48,868 bases of DNA from a virus (taxonomy: Duplodnaviria; Heunggongvirae; Uroviricota; Caudoviricetes): the IMG/VR virus record IMGVR_UViG_2667527965_000003, positions 1 to 48,868 of that record; one strand, written 5' to 3'. The position numbers and the translations under genes are program-made. A model generated the notes under the pieces. The model searched no databases and was not told the origin of the DNA. It saw only the letters and a list, made by a program, of their open reading frames with translations. Of the stretch, positions 1 to 8,753 are shown in pieces. Numbering within the stretch: position 1 is the first letter of the stretch; each line of letters starts with the position of its first letter.

Positions 1-342
1 ATGATGAAAAAAAGTATTCTGGCGTTTCTGTTACTCACCAGTTCTGCAGCGGCGCTGGCTGCACCGCAGGTGATTACCGTCAGCCGTTTTGAAGTGGGTA
101 AAGACAAATGGGCGTTTAATCGCGAAGAGGTGATGCTGACTTGCAGACCGGGTAATGCTTTGTATGTCATTAACCCAAGTACCCTCGTGCAGTATCCTTT
201 AAACGATATCGCACAGAAGGAAGTTGCCAGTGGGAAGACTAAAGCCCAACCCATTTCGGTGATTCAGATTGATGATCCCAACAATCCCGGCGAAAAAATG
301 AGTCTGGCACCGTTTATAGAACGAGCTGAAAAACTCTGTTAA
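1..342 (+). CDS. yebY: YebY-like secreted protein (DUF2511), host gene
   Basis: 113-aa ORF with N-terminal signal peptide ([20 protein letters not shown]); sequence recognised from memory as enterobacterial YebY; followed by hairpin terminator. Confidence 0.75.
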   Translation: MMKKSILAFLLLTSSAAALAAPQVITVSRFEVGKDKWAFNREEVMLTCRPGNALYVINPSTLVQYPLNDIAQKEVASGKTKAQPISVIQIDDPNNPGEKMSLAPFIERAEKLC

Positions 343-377
343 TTACCTAAAATAGCCTTTTGATTTCCAATAAAAAA

Positions 378-413
378 ACCGCCTCAGTTCTTTCACCAGA
401 ACGGGCGGTTTTT
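378..413. terminator. Rho-independent terminator downstream of yebY
   Basis: ACCGCC...GGCGGT stem with inner GTTCT/AGAAC pairing followed by TTTT. Confidence 0.5.
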
Positions 414-500
414 AACATTTAAGCTGATGACCACCGCGCTTTTTATTGACCATTTTGCACGCAAACTGGAAAACCTGGCGTCGTCATCTATTCTTAAAGG

Positions 501-603
501 GCAAGGCAACTAAGCCTGCATTAATGCCAACTTTTAGCGCACGGCTCTCTCCCAAGAGCCATTTCCCTGGACCGAATACAGGAATCGTATTCGGTCTCTT
601 TTT
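501..603 (+). ncRNA. sdsR: SdsR (RyeB) small RNA
   Basis: Lies in the yebY-pphA intergenic context; sequence GCAAGGCAACTAAGCCTGCATTAATGCC...CCAAGAGCC... ends in perfect hairpin ACCGAATAC/GTATTCGGT plus T-tract; matches my recollection of E. coli RyeB/SdsR, not checked against a database. Confidence 0.6.
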
Positions 604-605
604 AT
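572..605. repeat. attL: left copy of 34-bp imperfect direct repeat (prophage boundary)
   Basis: CCGAATACAGGAATCGTATTCGGTCTCTTTTTAT here versus CCGTAAACAGGAATCGTGTTCGGTCTCTTTTTAT at 47769-47802; 16 bp TTCGGTCTCTTTTTAT identical; integrase gene immediately adjacent. Confidence 0.65.
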
Positions 606-638
606 GTCTTTGATTTCTATGGGTTTTTTTGGCGTCCT

Positions 639-667
639 CACGAAATCCCACGAAAATTACTCGAAAT
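639..667 (+). promoter_or_regulatory. Putative integrase arm-type binding sites
   Basis: Three direct repeats CACGAAAT / CACGAAAA / CTCGAAAT at 10-11 bp spacing between att core and int; similar CACGAATT / CTCGAATA at 47630-47659 next to attR. Confidence 0.3.
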
Positions 668-680
668 GTCCATATACTGT

Positions 681-1766
681 CTAAACCATAACATACTCTG
701 CACCGCGTGCGTCCAGGTATTTTTTCGTCATTGTTAAATTTTTGTGGCCCAGTAATCGCTGTGCAAAATCCTCGCCACGTTCCTTTTCATAGAGTCTGCT
801 CGCCAAGCTCCTGATCTCATGGTACGGAGGCGGGTTAGGCCCAAATTTTAAAGCAGTCGCATCACGAACGTCGGCAAACGCCTGAGTTAATCCATCAGGG
901 GTAAGAGGCCCCGGCTTTCTGCCGCCGCGCCTGACTGGCGAGTAAAGCATAAAATCTGAAGGATTATTCACCCTGCAGCGCTCGATCACTTCTCCCAGCA
1001 CCAGGCCAACAGCTTCCAGTTTTAAATCGAGTGGGAGCGCCAGCTTGTGCCCGGTCTTTTCCTGAGTAACGAACAACCTGTTTTCTTTTACATCACTGAA
1101 CCGGAAAAGCGAAATATCTTCGCGGCGCTGACCAGACACCAGGGCAAGATCGCACGCATTCGGCAGCCATTCCGAATGAGTGAAAGCCGCCTCCCTGATC
1201 ACAACAAAATGCTCGAGCAGCAAACGCTCACGTTTAACCTTCGGCGTCGGCGTTCGTGTCGGCTCCGCCGGGTTCCTCTCTATATGCCCCTCCACGATTG
1301 CCTCCCTGAATATGTCCAACAGTACCGACCGCAAGCCAGCCGCCATACTCTTCTTGTCGCAGAGGATGTATGACTCCAGGAAGTTCGATATGTCCTTTGT
1401 GCTGACTGACGACAGCGGCGTGCGGCCGAACTCATCATTAATAGTGGCGATCTGATTTCGCCTGACCTTCATCGTGTTTGGCTTCAGCTCTCTTCGCTCC
1501 AGAATTACCTCGTAACGCTCAAGCCACGCCGACACCGTAAAAGTCGGCGCGTCTTTAATGCGGTCCAGAAGTGAGGACGGGAGGTAGTTCTGGTCGATGT
1601 AGTTGTTGGCTTCTATTGCCTGGGCGACGGCGTCTTTTCTGTCGATCCGGCCAAGAGAGATTTCCTGGCCGGTTGTCGGATTTCGCCAGCTGTAAAGCCT
1701 GTCTCTTTTGCGATAGGTCAGGTTACGGGGCAGATTAGCGTCGTAACGAACTGGCCTTTTCGCCAT
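681..1766 (-). CDS. int: Tyrosine site-specific integrase (lambda Int family)
   Basis: 361-aa ORF adjacent to att; C-terminal catalytic motifs (HEIRSL, LLGHKN, TKKYLD tyrosine); overlaps excisionase as in lambda. Confidence 0.85.
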   Translation of the reverse strand: MAKRPVRYDANLPRNLTYRKRDRLYSWRNPTTGQEISLGRIDRKDAVAQAIEANNYIDQNYLPSSLLDRIKDAPTFTVSAWLERYEVILERRELKPNTMKVRRNQIATINDEFGRTPLSSVSTKDISNFLESYILCDKKSMAAGLRSVLLDIFREAIVEGHIERNPAEPTRTPTPKVKRERLLLEHFVVIREAAFTHSEWLPNACDLALVSGQRREDISLFRFSDVKENRLFVTQEKTGHKLALPLDLKLEAVGLVLGEVIERCRVNNPSDFMLYSPVRRGGRKPGPLTPDGLTQAFADVRDATALKFGPNPPPYHEIRSLASRLYEKERGEDFAQRLLGHKNLTMTKKYLDARGAEYVMV

Positions 1767-2007
1767 GAGTCAGTCTCTCCAGTAAGGTGCCGCCAGCTGG
1801 CAGCTTCATGTGTTTTGTCTTGGGGCGCAGATTCTTTTTGCTCGGATCCACATACGTGGCGCCAGGCTCAACCTGATATTCCCTACCGTGCAATTGGGGC
1901 GCAGGATAAATACGCCCCTCTCGTGCCCAGCGGCGAAGAGTGGAAAGGGAAGGCGGCTTTGAGTAAGTCAGGTCTGCCCATTCCTGTAAATTTAGAAGCT
2001 TGGCCAT
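1735..2007 (-). CDS. xis: Excisionase (Xis-like)
   Basis: MAKLLNLQEWADLTYSKPPSLSTLRRWAREGRIYPAP... resembles lambda Xis; GGAGGA RBS before ATG at 2007; overlaps int start. Confidence 0.7.
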   Translation of the reverse strand: MAKLLNLQEWADLTYSKPPSLSTLRRWAREGRIYPAPQLHGREYQVEPGATYVDPSKKNLRPKTKHMKLPAGGTLLERLTHGEKASSLRR

Positions 2008-2071
2008 ACATCCTCCTGCTTCCGACAACTCATTATAAAGTTGCCGGAAAAGTGTTTGTGATATTTCAATA

Positions 2072-2317
2072 TCAGGCGGCATGCCCGGATAAAGATCGCA
2101 GGCGGCGCATGCCCGTCATCGCCGTGGCCACGTAGCTCGCCTTCCGGTTCACCACCTCCACCCAGACCTTCACGCCTTCCACCCGCACCGTGTACGTCTC
2201 CCTCATCTTGCTGCGCCCGTAATCGCCGTAGCGTTCTGCGTGGGCCGCCAGCGCGAGCTCACATGCCTTGCGCGCCAGTGGGGACTGTGTGCTGCGGTTA
2301 ATCAGTTTCATGGCCAC
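2072..2317 (-). CDS. Hypothetical small phage protein
   Basis: 81-aa ORF in the int-proximal early-left operon; no recognisable motif. Confidence 0.4.
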   Translation of the reverse strand: MAMKLINRSTQSPLARKACELALAAHAERYGDYGRSKMRETYTVRVEGVKVWVEVVNRKASYVATAMTGMRRLRSLSGHAA

Positions 2318-2984
2318 CTCCTTCGATACGTTTAAACTCGATCACCCAGACCCACGGGTTAGCGTTCCAATTTTCTTGTCCATAGATTGATTGCCACAGG
2401 TATGCAAAGGCATCAGTCGCGTCAGGTTCTGGATTCGCGCAGCCACATGGCTCCGGCTCTCCACAATTGAGGCAACCACCGTCAATGATCCCTTCCGCTC
2501 GCGCATCTTCCTCACTGATATCGTTCAGCCTTTCAACGCGCACATCGGTAATTTCCAGTAGTATGCGGGACGCCCAGCGAGGCATGTGAATGGATGGACG
2601 CCAACGGCCTTCTTTCGGCCAGTCTTCCGGCGTTGTCGCGCGGTATGCCATATCGTGGCTGTCCTGGTCGATGTTGTAGCGCGCCCAAGTTTCCCGCACC
2701 CAGATGCGATCGCCGACGGCACCGAACGGGCAGGTATATCCTTCATTCTCGTCAGCAACCCCAAATACATCTTTCTTTGCAGGTTGCAGGTAGCCGTTTT
2801 TGTCTACTACACCGGGTGTGTACCAGTGGGCTTTAGAATCCAGATCGAAACCGTTATGTGTTGGGTGGAAGCCATCAGAAGGCTGAATTTTCATAATGCG
2901 CCGCGTCTGCGTCTTCCGGCCGTCGAGAATGGCGCGCACCATCTCACCGTTAAAAATCATCCCGCGTTCTGTAATTTTCGTCAT
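2298..2984 (-). CDS. ASCH-domain protein
   Basis: N-terminal ILDGRKTQTRR and C-terminal VWVIEFKRI resemble the ASCH/YqfB pattern (ILAGRKTITIR ... VIEFK). Confidence 0.5.
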   Translation of the reverse strand: MTKITERGMIFNGEMVRAILDGRKTQTRRIMKIQPSDGFHPTHNGFDLDSKAHWYTPGVVDKNGYLQPAKKDVFGVADENEGYTCPFGAVGDRIWVRETWARYNIDQDSHDMAYRATTPEDWPKEGRWRPSIHMPRWASRILLEITDVRVERLNDISEEDARAEGIIDGGCLNCGEPEPCGCANPEPDATDAFAYLWQSIYGQENWNANPWVWVIEFKRIEGGGHETD

Positions 2985-3018
2985 CTCGTTACCGGGAGGA
3001 CGAACCCTCCCGCCTCCC

Positions 3019-4110
3019 TTAGGCCACGTATTCCGGTTTCATATCTGCCAGGGTGATGCTGAACTTATCGTGCAGCTCGTCGCCCAGGTGACGTTTCGCC
3101 GCCGCCAGCGCGCGCTCGGCTTCTTCGAACCGCTCAGTTGCGCCCGGCTCGCCCGAATTCGGCAGGGAGTTAATCGCCGCCTCGACCCGGTTATACGCAT
3201 CCACCAGGTGGTAACGCTTCACGGCCTTGTTCTTAAGTTCGGTGTACAGCGTAGAACCCAGCGCTGCTTTAGCTGTTTCGATATCAGCACGAACTGCGCT
3301 GGCGCTATCAACATCCTGAGCAGCCTCAATTCGATCCCGGAAATCATCGGCCAGACCATCGATGTTGGCGGCCGATTCCTGCGCGATGTGCGTATGTGTT
3401 ACGGTGTCACCTTTGATATCAGCCAGGCTTACGCGCTGGGCGGGTGCCGGGTTGATCTCCTTCTCGGTGCGCTGCTCGACTTCATCCACACTGTTTACGC
3501 CAAGAATCACGTCAGGGCAGTAGAGGCTAGCCCAGCGTTTAACCCCCAGATAAGCTAGTTGCTGACGCGGATCGCTTGCCCAGAGTGTCGAGTTGCGAAC
3601 CTGAGCTTGAGAAAGCATGAGCACCAGCTCACGTGGTTCATCCTCGCCTTTCATGGTTGCCCACACCCGCACACCTACACCGGCCTCATCCTTTAAATCC
3701 CAGCCTGGCGCGAGGTATTCATTGCCTTTGCTGCTGGTTTTTTTAACAAAGCGTCCAACGATGTTTTCCCAGCTCCCAAACCAGTCATAATGGAGGCGGT
3801 CTTTAGTGGGTGACATTTTGGTGATCACCGCGTTAATCAACTGCGCCTCATAACCTAACGACCCGCTAATAATGTGAGTCTTTTGCGCTACAGCGAAAGG
3901 ATCCATACCCCATCGGGCTGCTTGCATCACTACTGCCATGCAGGCATCCGGCTTGCCGCGAAAGTGGTCAGGCACGAACGCGCCACTGTTAGCCATTACT
4001 ACTGAGAGAGTGCGCAGGCGCTCGAAGAGCTCCCCATTGGTTAAAATGGAGATGTTGTCGATCAGTTGCGTCTTGTTTTCGTTTGTAGAAATTGCGGTAG
4101 ACATGTTCAT
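3019..4110 (-). CDS. recT: RecT-family single-strand annealing protein
   Basis: 363 aa; MAVVMQAARWGMDP segment resembles the RecT core; immediately downstream of a RecE-like exonuclease gene in the same operon. Confidence 0.65.
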   Translation of the reverse strand: MNMSTAISTNENKTQLIDNISILTNGELFERLRTLSVVMANSGAFVPDHFRGKPDACMAVVMQAARWGMDPFAVAQKTHIISGSLGYEAQLINAVITKMSPTKDRLHYDWFGSWENIVGRFVKKTSSKGNEYLAPGWDLKDEAGVGVRVWATMKGEDEPRELVLMLSQAQVRNSTLWASDPRQQLAYLGVKRWASLYCPDVILGVNSVDEVEQRTEKEINPAPAQRVSLADIKGDTVTHTHIAQESAANIDGLADDFRDRIEAAQDVDSASAVRADIETAKAALGSTLYTELKNKAVKRYHLVDAYNRVEAAINSLPNSGEPGATERFEEAERALAAAKRHLGDELHDKFSITLADMKPEYVA

Positions 4111-4116
4111 TTCCCC

Positions 4117-7100
4117 TTATGCCTGAGTACGCAGCGCTTCAAGGCGGCGCAGGTCGAAGTCGTTCAGTTCGTCGGTGTAGTCTTCGGTGATCGGCGCTGG
4201 CCACTCGCCAGTGTCGAACGCGTTAGCGATGCGGTTCATCGTCTGGCGATACTCCAGCATCCCCAGCTCAATCAGTTCTTCGCTGGCCTCAACGATGGCG
4301 ATCCAGTGATAGCCCTCGTCTTTGTTGACGAAAATCCAGAAGAACTGGTCCAGGGCAGCGGTCTGCATGTACATGGCCGCGCTGAGGTGGTAATCGCGGT
4401 CGATGATTTCGCGGTGCAGGCGGGCGCGCAGGCCGGACTGCTTCACGTTCCACATGCTGATGGTTTTCAGGTCGGCACCTACGCGCACCGCCTCGATGTC
4501 GATTTCCAGATCCGGGCGCACGCGGATTTCCAGCCCGGTCTCTTCATCGATACCGAAATAGCTCGTCTCAACAGCGCGATCAGGGTGCAGCAGCAGTTTT
4601 CCGGCGGTCGGGTGCTCATGCAGCGCTTTCTGAATGGCCAGCGCCGTTTCCATCTGCTGGTGGGTCACCAGAATCTTGTCGCCCGGGTTCTCGCGCCATG
4701 CATCCAGCAGTTCGTCAGCGAATACGGCATCCGGCTTAACGGACTTCACTGCCTGGATCATCTCCGCTTTGGTGCCGGACACTTTCAGGGGTGCTGGTTT
4801 CTGCGCTTCCTGCGCCACTAGGTCAGGGTTGATGATCGCCAGCTGCTCCAGCAGCGCGTCACGGCTTCCGCTGGTTTTAACCGGCGCGGGCAGGGTGGCG
4901 TTGTACTCTTTGATGCAGGCCTTCATCGCGACAGCGGTCTGCTTCTGGTCTGCCTCGATACGCTGGAACTCAGCTGGCAGCGTCATATAGCTCTGCGCTG
5001 TTTCTTCCAGGCTCCCGCCCATCGGCACCTGCGCGGGCAGGGTGGCGTTGTACTCTTCAAGCAGCGCTTTAATATCGTCTGCGCTCAGCAGTGCGGGCAG
5101 GCTGGCGTTGTGTTCGTCGATAAAGGCGCGCAGGGTCGCCGCGGTGGTGAAGGCACCTTTCGGGATCATCGGCTCCACGCTGAACTCTTCGTCAAGGTTT
5201 TCCGGCTGCAGCGCCAGCGCATGCACCAGGTTCCCCATATCCAGCACTTTGGAGCCTTCGCGCGGGATGGTCTTGGCGACGTGGCGCGCGTTGAAGTACA
5301 TCAGGCTGACGCGGGCATCTTTCACCTGAGTGCTGCTGATCCCGTTCGCTGCGTGATAAACGTTATTCGGCAGGCCTTCATAGCGGCCCGGTTCGAAGTA
5401 CGCTGGGTATTCCGGGGCGCTGGCGGTTTCCTCCGGCGCTTCGGTGGTTACTTCCGGCGCAGTGGCGTTCGCCAGCTCCGGCGCCGCGGCGGCCAGCACC
5501 TCAGTTGGGTTCAGGGCATCTGTTTGCGTATCAGTTGCATCAGCGCTTTCGCCTGGTTGAACCGGGTTACCAGCTTCTCCTTCCGCCGGGTCAGTCGTTT
5601 CCATCTGCACATCGCTGGTGGTCTCCTCAGTAACCGGTGAGCGGTCATCGTTTTGTGGTTGTTTTTCGTTCATCAGGCCTTCGATGGAGTACATGCCTCC
5701 GCCGAGGTTCGCGACCTGCGGCTGGCTGGCGGCGGTCAGGTCCTCTTTAACCCACTTCGGATCGGCTGGGTCGCTGATGCCTTCCACGAATTCGCCGCGG
5801 TCGGCCGCCAGTTGCCCATCAACAAATTGGCTATCAATTTCAGGTTCAACTGGTGCAGGTAGTGGCAGCAATTCAACGGCAGCATTAAATTCAGCTGTCA
5901 TCGTCCGGTTCACGAACTCCAGATGCGCAGCAGGAGTCAGGTGGATATTCTCTGGCGCGATGCGTACCAGGTTGAAGATGGCCGCGCGGTTAACAGCCAG
6001 AACGCCGGGCTGGTTACGCAGGATTTTGCTCCACGACTTCCACGGCTCTTCTTTATTCGCGACGATATCTTTGGCGCGACGTATTACGCTTGATGAAATG
6101 TCGAAGTGGTGGGTGCAACCCTTGTCCTGCGCGCAGGCGATTTCCAGATCGAGGGTGTCCAGGGTGTGGTGTGCGCCTTCGCCGCGGTCAGTTACATACC
6201 CGCCGTCGGCATTGGTGCCTGCGTCAGTGCGCTGCACCAGGTTAATACGGTTACCGGCGGTCCACTCACGCGTCAGGATGCCGCGGTCAATATATGGTGT
6301 GGCTACCCAGGCCTTTGTGAACTGCAAAAGCAGGCCCAGCTCATGGCGCTTTTCCATGCTAAACACTTTGCGAATGGCGTTCGTGTAGCGCCAAAGGTCT
6401 TTGGTGTCGAAAGCTTTAACTTCCGGGAAATTTTCAGCAGCGAGCAGCAGATCCTGGACATAACCATTGTCGGTATCCATTTCCAGCGCATGCAGCTCTG
6501 CATTTTCGCTACGGGTGATGTGGTGGCGCAGTTCGTCCACCGTCAACTGGGCAAGCAGCTGTTTGCGGAATGGCATTTTGCAGACCGGATAGCGTGTTAA
6601 CCCATCGTCGTTTTTATTTACACGCAGGCCGTTTTCATACCAATGAGTCGGCTCATCCTTGGGTGGAAGCTTGCCGCTCTTCCAGTCTTCAACCAGCTGG
6701 TTGCGGTCATCGGCTTTAATCCAGCCCGACATGAAGGCGGCCAGCATCGCGGGTTCGTGTTCTTTGTCCTGGGGGAAAACGTCTTTGATGGCCTGCACCA
6801 GTTTCCACTCAGCATGCAGACTGAGGTCGCCAATATCCGCAACGTCATTTTTGGCCTGCAGCAGGTTCTGGAAATATGCATTCCCCTCATCGGTGGCCAG
6901 TTCATTGGCAACGATTTGCTGCTCCTGGCTGATCTCCGAAAGGTATTTATCACCCAACAGATGGACGGCGAAGCGGACAGCCGGGGTGCGATTTTCAAGC
7001 AGGGAGGTGTTGCCGGCGTTTGCGGTATCAGTGGCGGTCACCGACGCGTCAGGCAGTACCTCATCGCTGGTAGTCGCCGGGGCGAGGGCGGTCTCATCCT

Positions 7101-7389
7101 GTGGGGCAGTGCCAGGGATCACGTTCCAGGTGCGCTGGTCGTCTGCCAGGGTGTAGCGTTCGCACCAGGTGTAATCGATGGTGCTTTCTTCGGGCAGGTC
7201 ATTGAACACCGGGAAATCGGTGCGGACAGGCTTGGCGTAGTCTTTACCGCGGCCAGTTTCGATGCCAGCTTCTTCCAGCTCAACATCGAGCGTCAGGGCG
7301 GCGCGGGCTTCGCTTTTCGCAGTGAACCAGATCACTGCATCTTGCTTGCCGGATTTCTGAGTGGCCTTAACCACGTAGAAAAATTCCAT
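4117..7389 (-). CDS. recE: RecE-like exonuclease VIII
   Basis: 1090-aa ORF; C-terminal region (GLPNNVYHAANGISSTQVKDARVSLMYF...) resembles the RecE nuclease domain; paired with recT; contains internal repeats. Confidence 0.65.
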   Translation of the reverse strand: MEFFYVVKATQKSGKQDAVIWFTAKSEARAALTLDVELEEAGIETGRGKDYAKPVRTDFPVFNDLPEESTIDYTWCERYTLADDQRTWNVIPGTAPQDETALAPATTSDEVLPDASVTATDTANAGNTSLLENRTPAVRFAVHLLGDKYLSEISQEQQIVANELATDEGNAYFQNLLQAKNDVADIGDLSLHAEWKLVQAIKDVFPQDKEHEPAMLAAFMSGWIKADDRNQLVEDWKSGKLPPKDEPTHWYENGLRVNKNDDGLTRYPVCKMPFRKQLLAQLTVDELRHHITRSENAELHALEMDTDNGYVQDLLLAAENFPEVKAFDTKDLWRYTNAIRKVFSMEKRHELGLLLQFTKAWVATPYIDRGILTREWTAGNRINLVQRTDAGTNADGGYVTDRGEGAHHTLDTLDLEIACAQDKGCTHHFDISSSVIRRAKDIVANKEEPWKSWSKILRNQPGVLAVNRAAIFNLVRIAPENIHLTPAAHLEFVNRTMTAEFNAAVELLPLPAPVEPEIDSQFVDGQLAADRGEFVEGISDPADPKWVKEDLTAASQPQVANLGGGMYSIEGLMNEKQPQNDDRSPVTEETTSDVQMETTDPAEGEAGNPVQPGESADATDTQTDALNPTEVLAAAAPELANATAPEVTTEAPEETASAPEYPAYFEPGRYEGLPNNVYHAANGISSTQVKDARVSLMYFNARHVAKTIPREGSKVLDMGNLVHALALQPENLDEEFSVEPMIPKGAFTTAATLRAFIDEHNASLPALLSADDIKALLEEYNATLPAQVPMGGSLEETAQSYMTLPAEFQRIEADQKQTAVAMKACIKEYNATLPAPVKTSGSRDALLEQLAIINPDLVAQEAQKPAPLKVSGTKAEMIQAVKSVKPDAVFADELLDAWRENPGDKILVTHQQMETALAIQKALHEHPTAGKLLLHPDRAVETSYFGIDEETGLEIRVRPDLEIDIEAVRVGADLKTISMWNVKQSGLRARLHREIIDRDYHLSAAMYMQTAALDQFFWIFVNKDEGYHWIAIVEASEELIELGMLEYRQTMNRIANAFDTGEWPAPITEDYTDELNDFDLRRLEALRTQA

Positions 7390-7528
7390 GTCAGATCCTC
7401 ATTTTTGAATGTAAGATCCCCGGGCCAGAGATAGCGCCCATTGGGTGTGTTTTTGGTTTTAAGTAGTTTTCCGGTGTAACTTTGGTCGGTGGCACCGGAC
7501 GTAGACCCCGCCTTGCGCGGGTTTTACG

Positions 7529-7693
7529 TTAGGCTTCGTGGGCCATCTGGTCGTACGAAGCGCAACGCACAGAACAGTAATCACGTTGTTCGCGCGCCAA
7601 CTGGGCTCCGCGGATGAAGAGCAATTCGTTTTTAACTTCTTTCCCTTGCTCGATAGGTTTGCGGCAGTAAGCGCATTTCTTCGAGTTACACAT
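7529..7693 (-). CDS. Small zinc-finger protein (YdaE-like)
   Basis: 54 aa from internal Met of the 72-aa ORF; CAYC...CSVRC cysteine pairs; GGGGAA RBS upstream of ATG at 7693. Confidence 0.5.
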   Translation of the reverse strand: MCNSKKCAYCRKPIEQGKEVKNELLFIRGAQLAREQRDYCSVRCASYDQMAHEA

Positions 7694-7814
7694 CAGGATT
7701 CCCCTTCTGTGCCAAGAGGTAACAGAGGCGGCGAATAAACGCCCCAAGAGAACTCAGTTTTACGGCCTGCTGCCGTACTGGCTTACGTGCGTAGTCAATC
7801 ATGGTCACCCTCAT
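7686..7814 (-). CDS. Small basic protein, first gene of leftward early operon (possible Kil-like)
   Basis: The track ORF start at 7889 lies inside the OL operator, so an internal Met (7814 or 7802) is more plausible; function guessed only from position. Confidence 0.25.
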   Translation of the reverse strand: MRVTMIDYARKPVRQQAVKLSSLGAFIRRLCYLLAQKGNPDV

Positions 7815-7879
7815 TTGCCCTTGTCGCCAGGCTGGCGGAACGTTTATCGGAGCAACGCAGCGCGTTGTTGATGGGATAA

Positions 7880-7897
7880 GTTTACTCATTACTAAAC
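7880..7897. promoter_or_regulatory. OL-type operator for the CI-like repressor
   Basis: GTTTACTCATTACTAAAC is the reverse complement of the OR site at 8446-8463 with one mismatch; additional TAAAC half-sites follow at 7914-7948. Confidence 0.55.
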
Positions 7898-7992
7898 CAT
7901 TCTGTAAAGTAAATAATAAACAAAATTGTTAAGTTCGTACTAAACGTATGAAGAAGGGGGGATATTTGCGGTCGGAGGGGATCTGTAGGCAT

Positions 7993-8015
7993 AAAAAAAA
8001 CCGCCATGGCGGCGG
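7993..8015 (-). terminator. Rho-independent terminator after the repressor gene
   Basis: On the minus strand a CCGCCATGGCGG palindrome is followed by an 8-nt T-tract, directly downstream of the repressor stop. Confidence 0.55.
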
Positions 8016-8035
8016 TTCAGTTATCAATAAATTGG

Positions 8036-8395
8036 TTACTTATTGCGGGAAGCCAGCAGTTCCTGGAAAAGCTTGTTGTACTTGTCGTGTTTAGCTTTGA
8101 ATTCCTGAAGAACAGCCTTCTTCTCCGAGTCTGGGAAAGCTCGGAAGTGCAAAAGCAGCTCAACCTCGTCAGCAAGAAGAACGGTATCATTGCTGGCCTT
8201 GTCAGGATGCTGCTCATCAGTATCGAGATAGCCCGAGGGCATACCATAGTCGCGCTCAATTCGTCTGGCAGCTCTTTCACCAAAGGAGGCCTTACCATTT
8301 ATCAATTGTGATAAATAGCTCTTCTCTTTTTCTGGTAGCGACTTATCGGCAAACCATGCCTTTAGCTGCTTCCTACGGATATCTGCTGTGCTCAT
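8036..8395 (-). CDS. CI/RacR-like repressor, HTH only, no S24 peptidase domain
   Basis: 119 aa from Met at 8395; N-terminal HTH-like segment (SYLSQLINGKASFGERAARRIERDYGMPSGYLD); divergent to Cro-like gene; too short for a LexA-like C-terminal cleavage domain. Confidence 0.65.
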   Translation of the reverse strand: MSTADIRRKQLKAWFADKSLPEKEKSYLSQLINGKASFGERAARRIERDYGMPSGYLDTDEQHPDKASNDTVLLADEVELLLHFRAFPDSEKKAVLQEFKAKHDKYNKLFQELLASRNK

Positions 8396-8406
8396 CTGCG
8401 TATTTT

Positions 8407-8463
8407 GATTAGTTAATGCTAAACAAGCAAATACTTGACTAAAAGGTTTAGTAATTAGTAAAC
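8407..8463. promoter_or_regulatory. OR operator region between repressor and cro-like gene
   Basis: Near-palindrome GTTTAGTAATTAGTAAAC (8446-8463) plus related GATTAGTTAATGCTAAAC (8407-8424); TTGACT -35-like hexamer at 8435-8440. Confidence 0.5.
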
Positions 8464-8492
8464 TCATCTCACACCTTACCTGGAGCGCATAT

Positions 8493-8753
8493 ATGCAACT
8501 CAAAGATTACTTATCCCAGCAGCGCGGAAACGCCAAATGGTTGGCTAAAAAGCTGGGCATTTCGATGCCGTATCTGTCTCAGATGGCCTCATCCACTTCC
8601 GCAATTTCGCCTGAGAGAGCCATCGAAATTGAGCGATTCACGAATGGAGTCGTTAACCGTGCCGACTGCCTGCCAGAGAAATGGATGCGAATCTGGCCGG
8701 AATACACCCCTGTGAACATGTGTCCTGTAGAGGGCGCCCAAAAGAGGACTTAA
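8493..8753 (+). CDS. Cro-like / YdaS-family HTH regulator
   Basis: 86 aa; ...AKKLGISMPYLSQMASS... resembles Rac YdaS; divergent from repressor across the operator region. Confidence 0.65.
   Translation: MQLKDYLSQQRGNAKWLAKKLGISMPYLSQMASSTSAISPERAIEIERFTNGVVNRADCLPEKWMRIWPEYTPVNMCPVEGAQKRT

Noticed and set aside
572-605. Looked for a tRNA gene as the integration target
   Set aside because: No cloverleaf-compatible sequence near either att copy; the repeat instead coincides with the terminator hairpin of the SdsR/RyeB sRNA.
4066-7434. Multiple long plus-strand ORFs overlapping recE (4066-4821, 5110-5640, 5618-6388, 6106-6600, 6643-7434)
   Set aside because: All lie antisense to the long, well-supported recE frame in GC-rich DNA, where spurious open frames are expected; no RBS or motif support.
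7400-7528. Hairpin ACCCCGCCTTGCGCGGGTTTT between recE and the zinc-finger gene, possible terminator
   Set aside because: The T-tract follows the hairpin only on the plus strand while all neighbouring genes are on the minus strand; more likely an RNA structure within the leftward operon or a chance hairpin.
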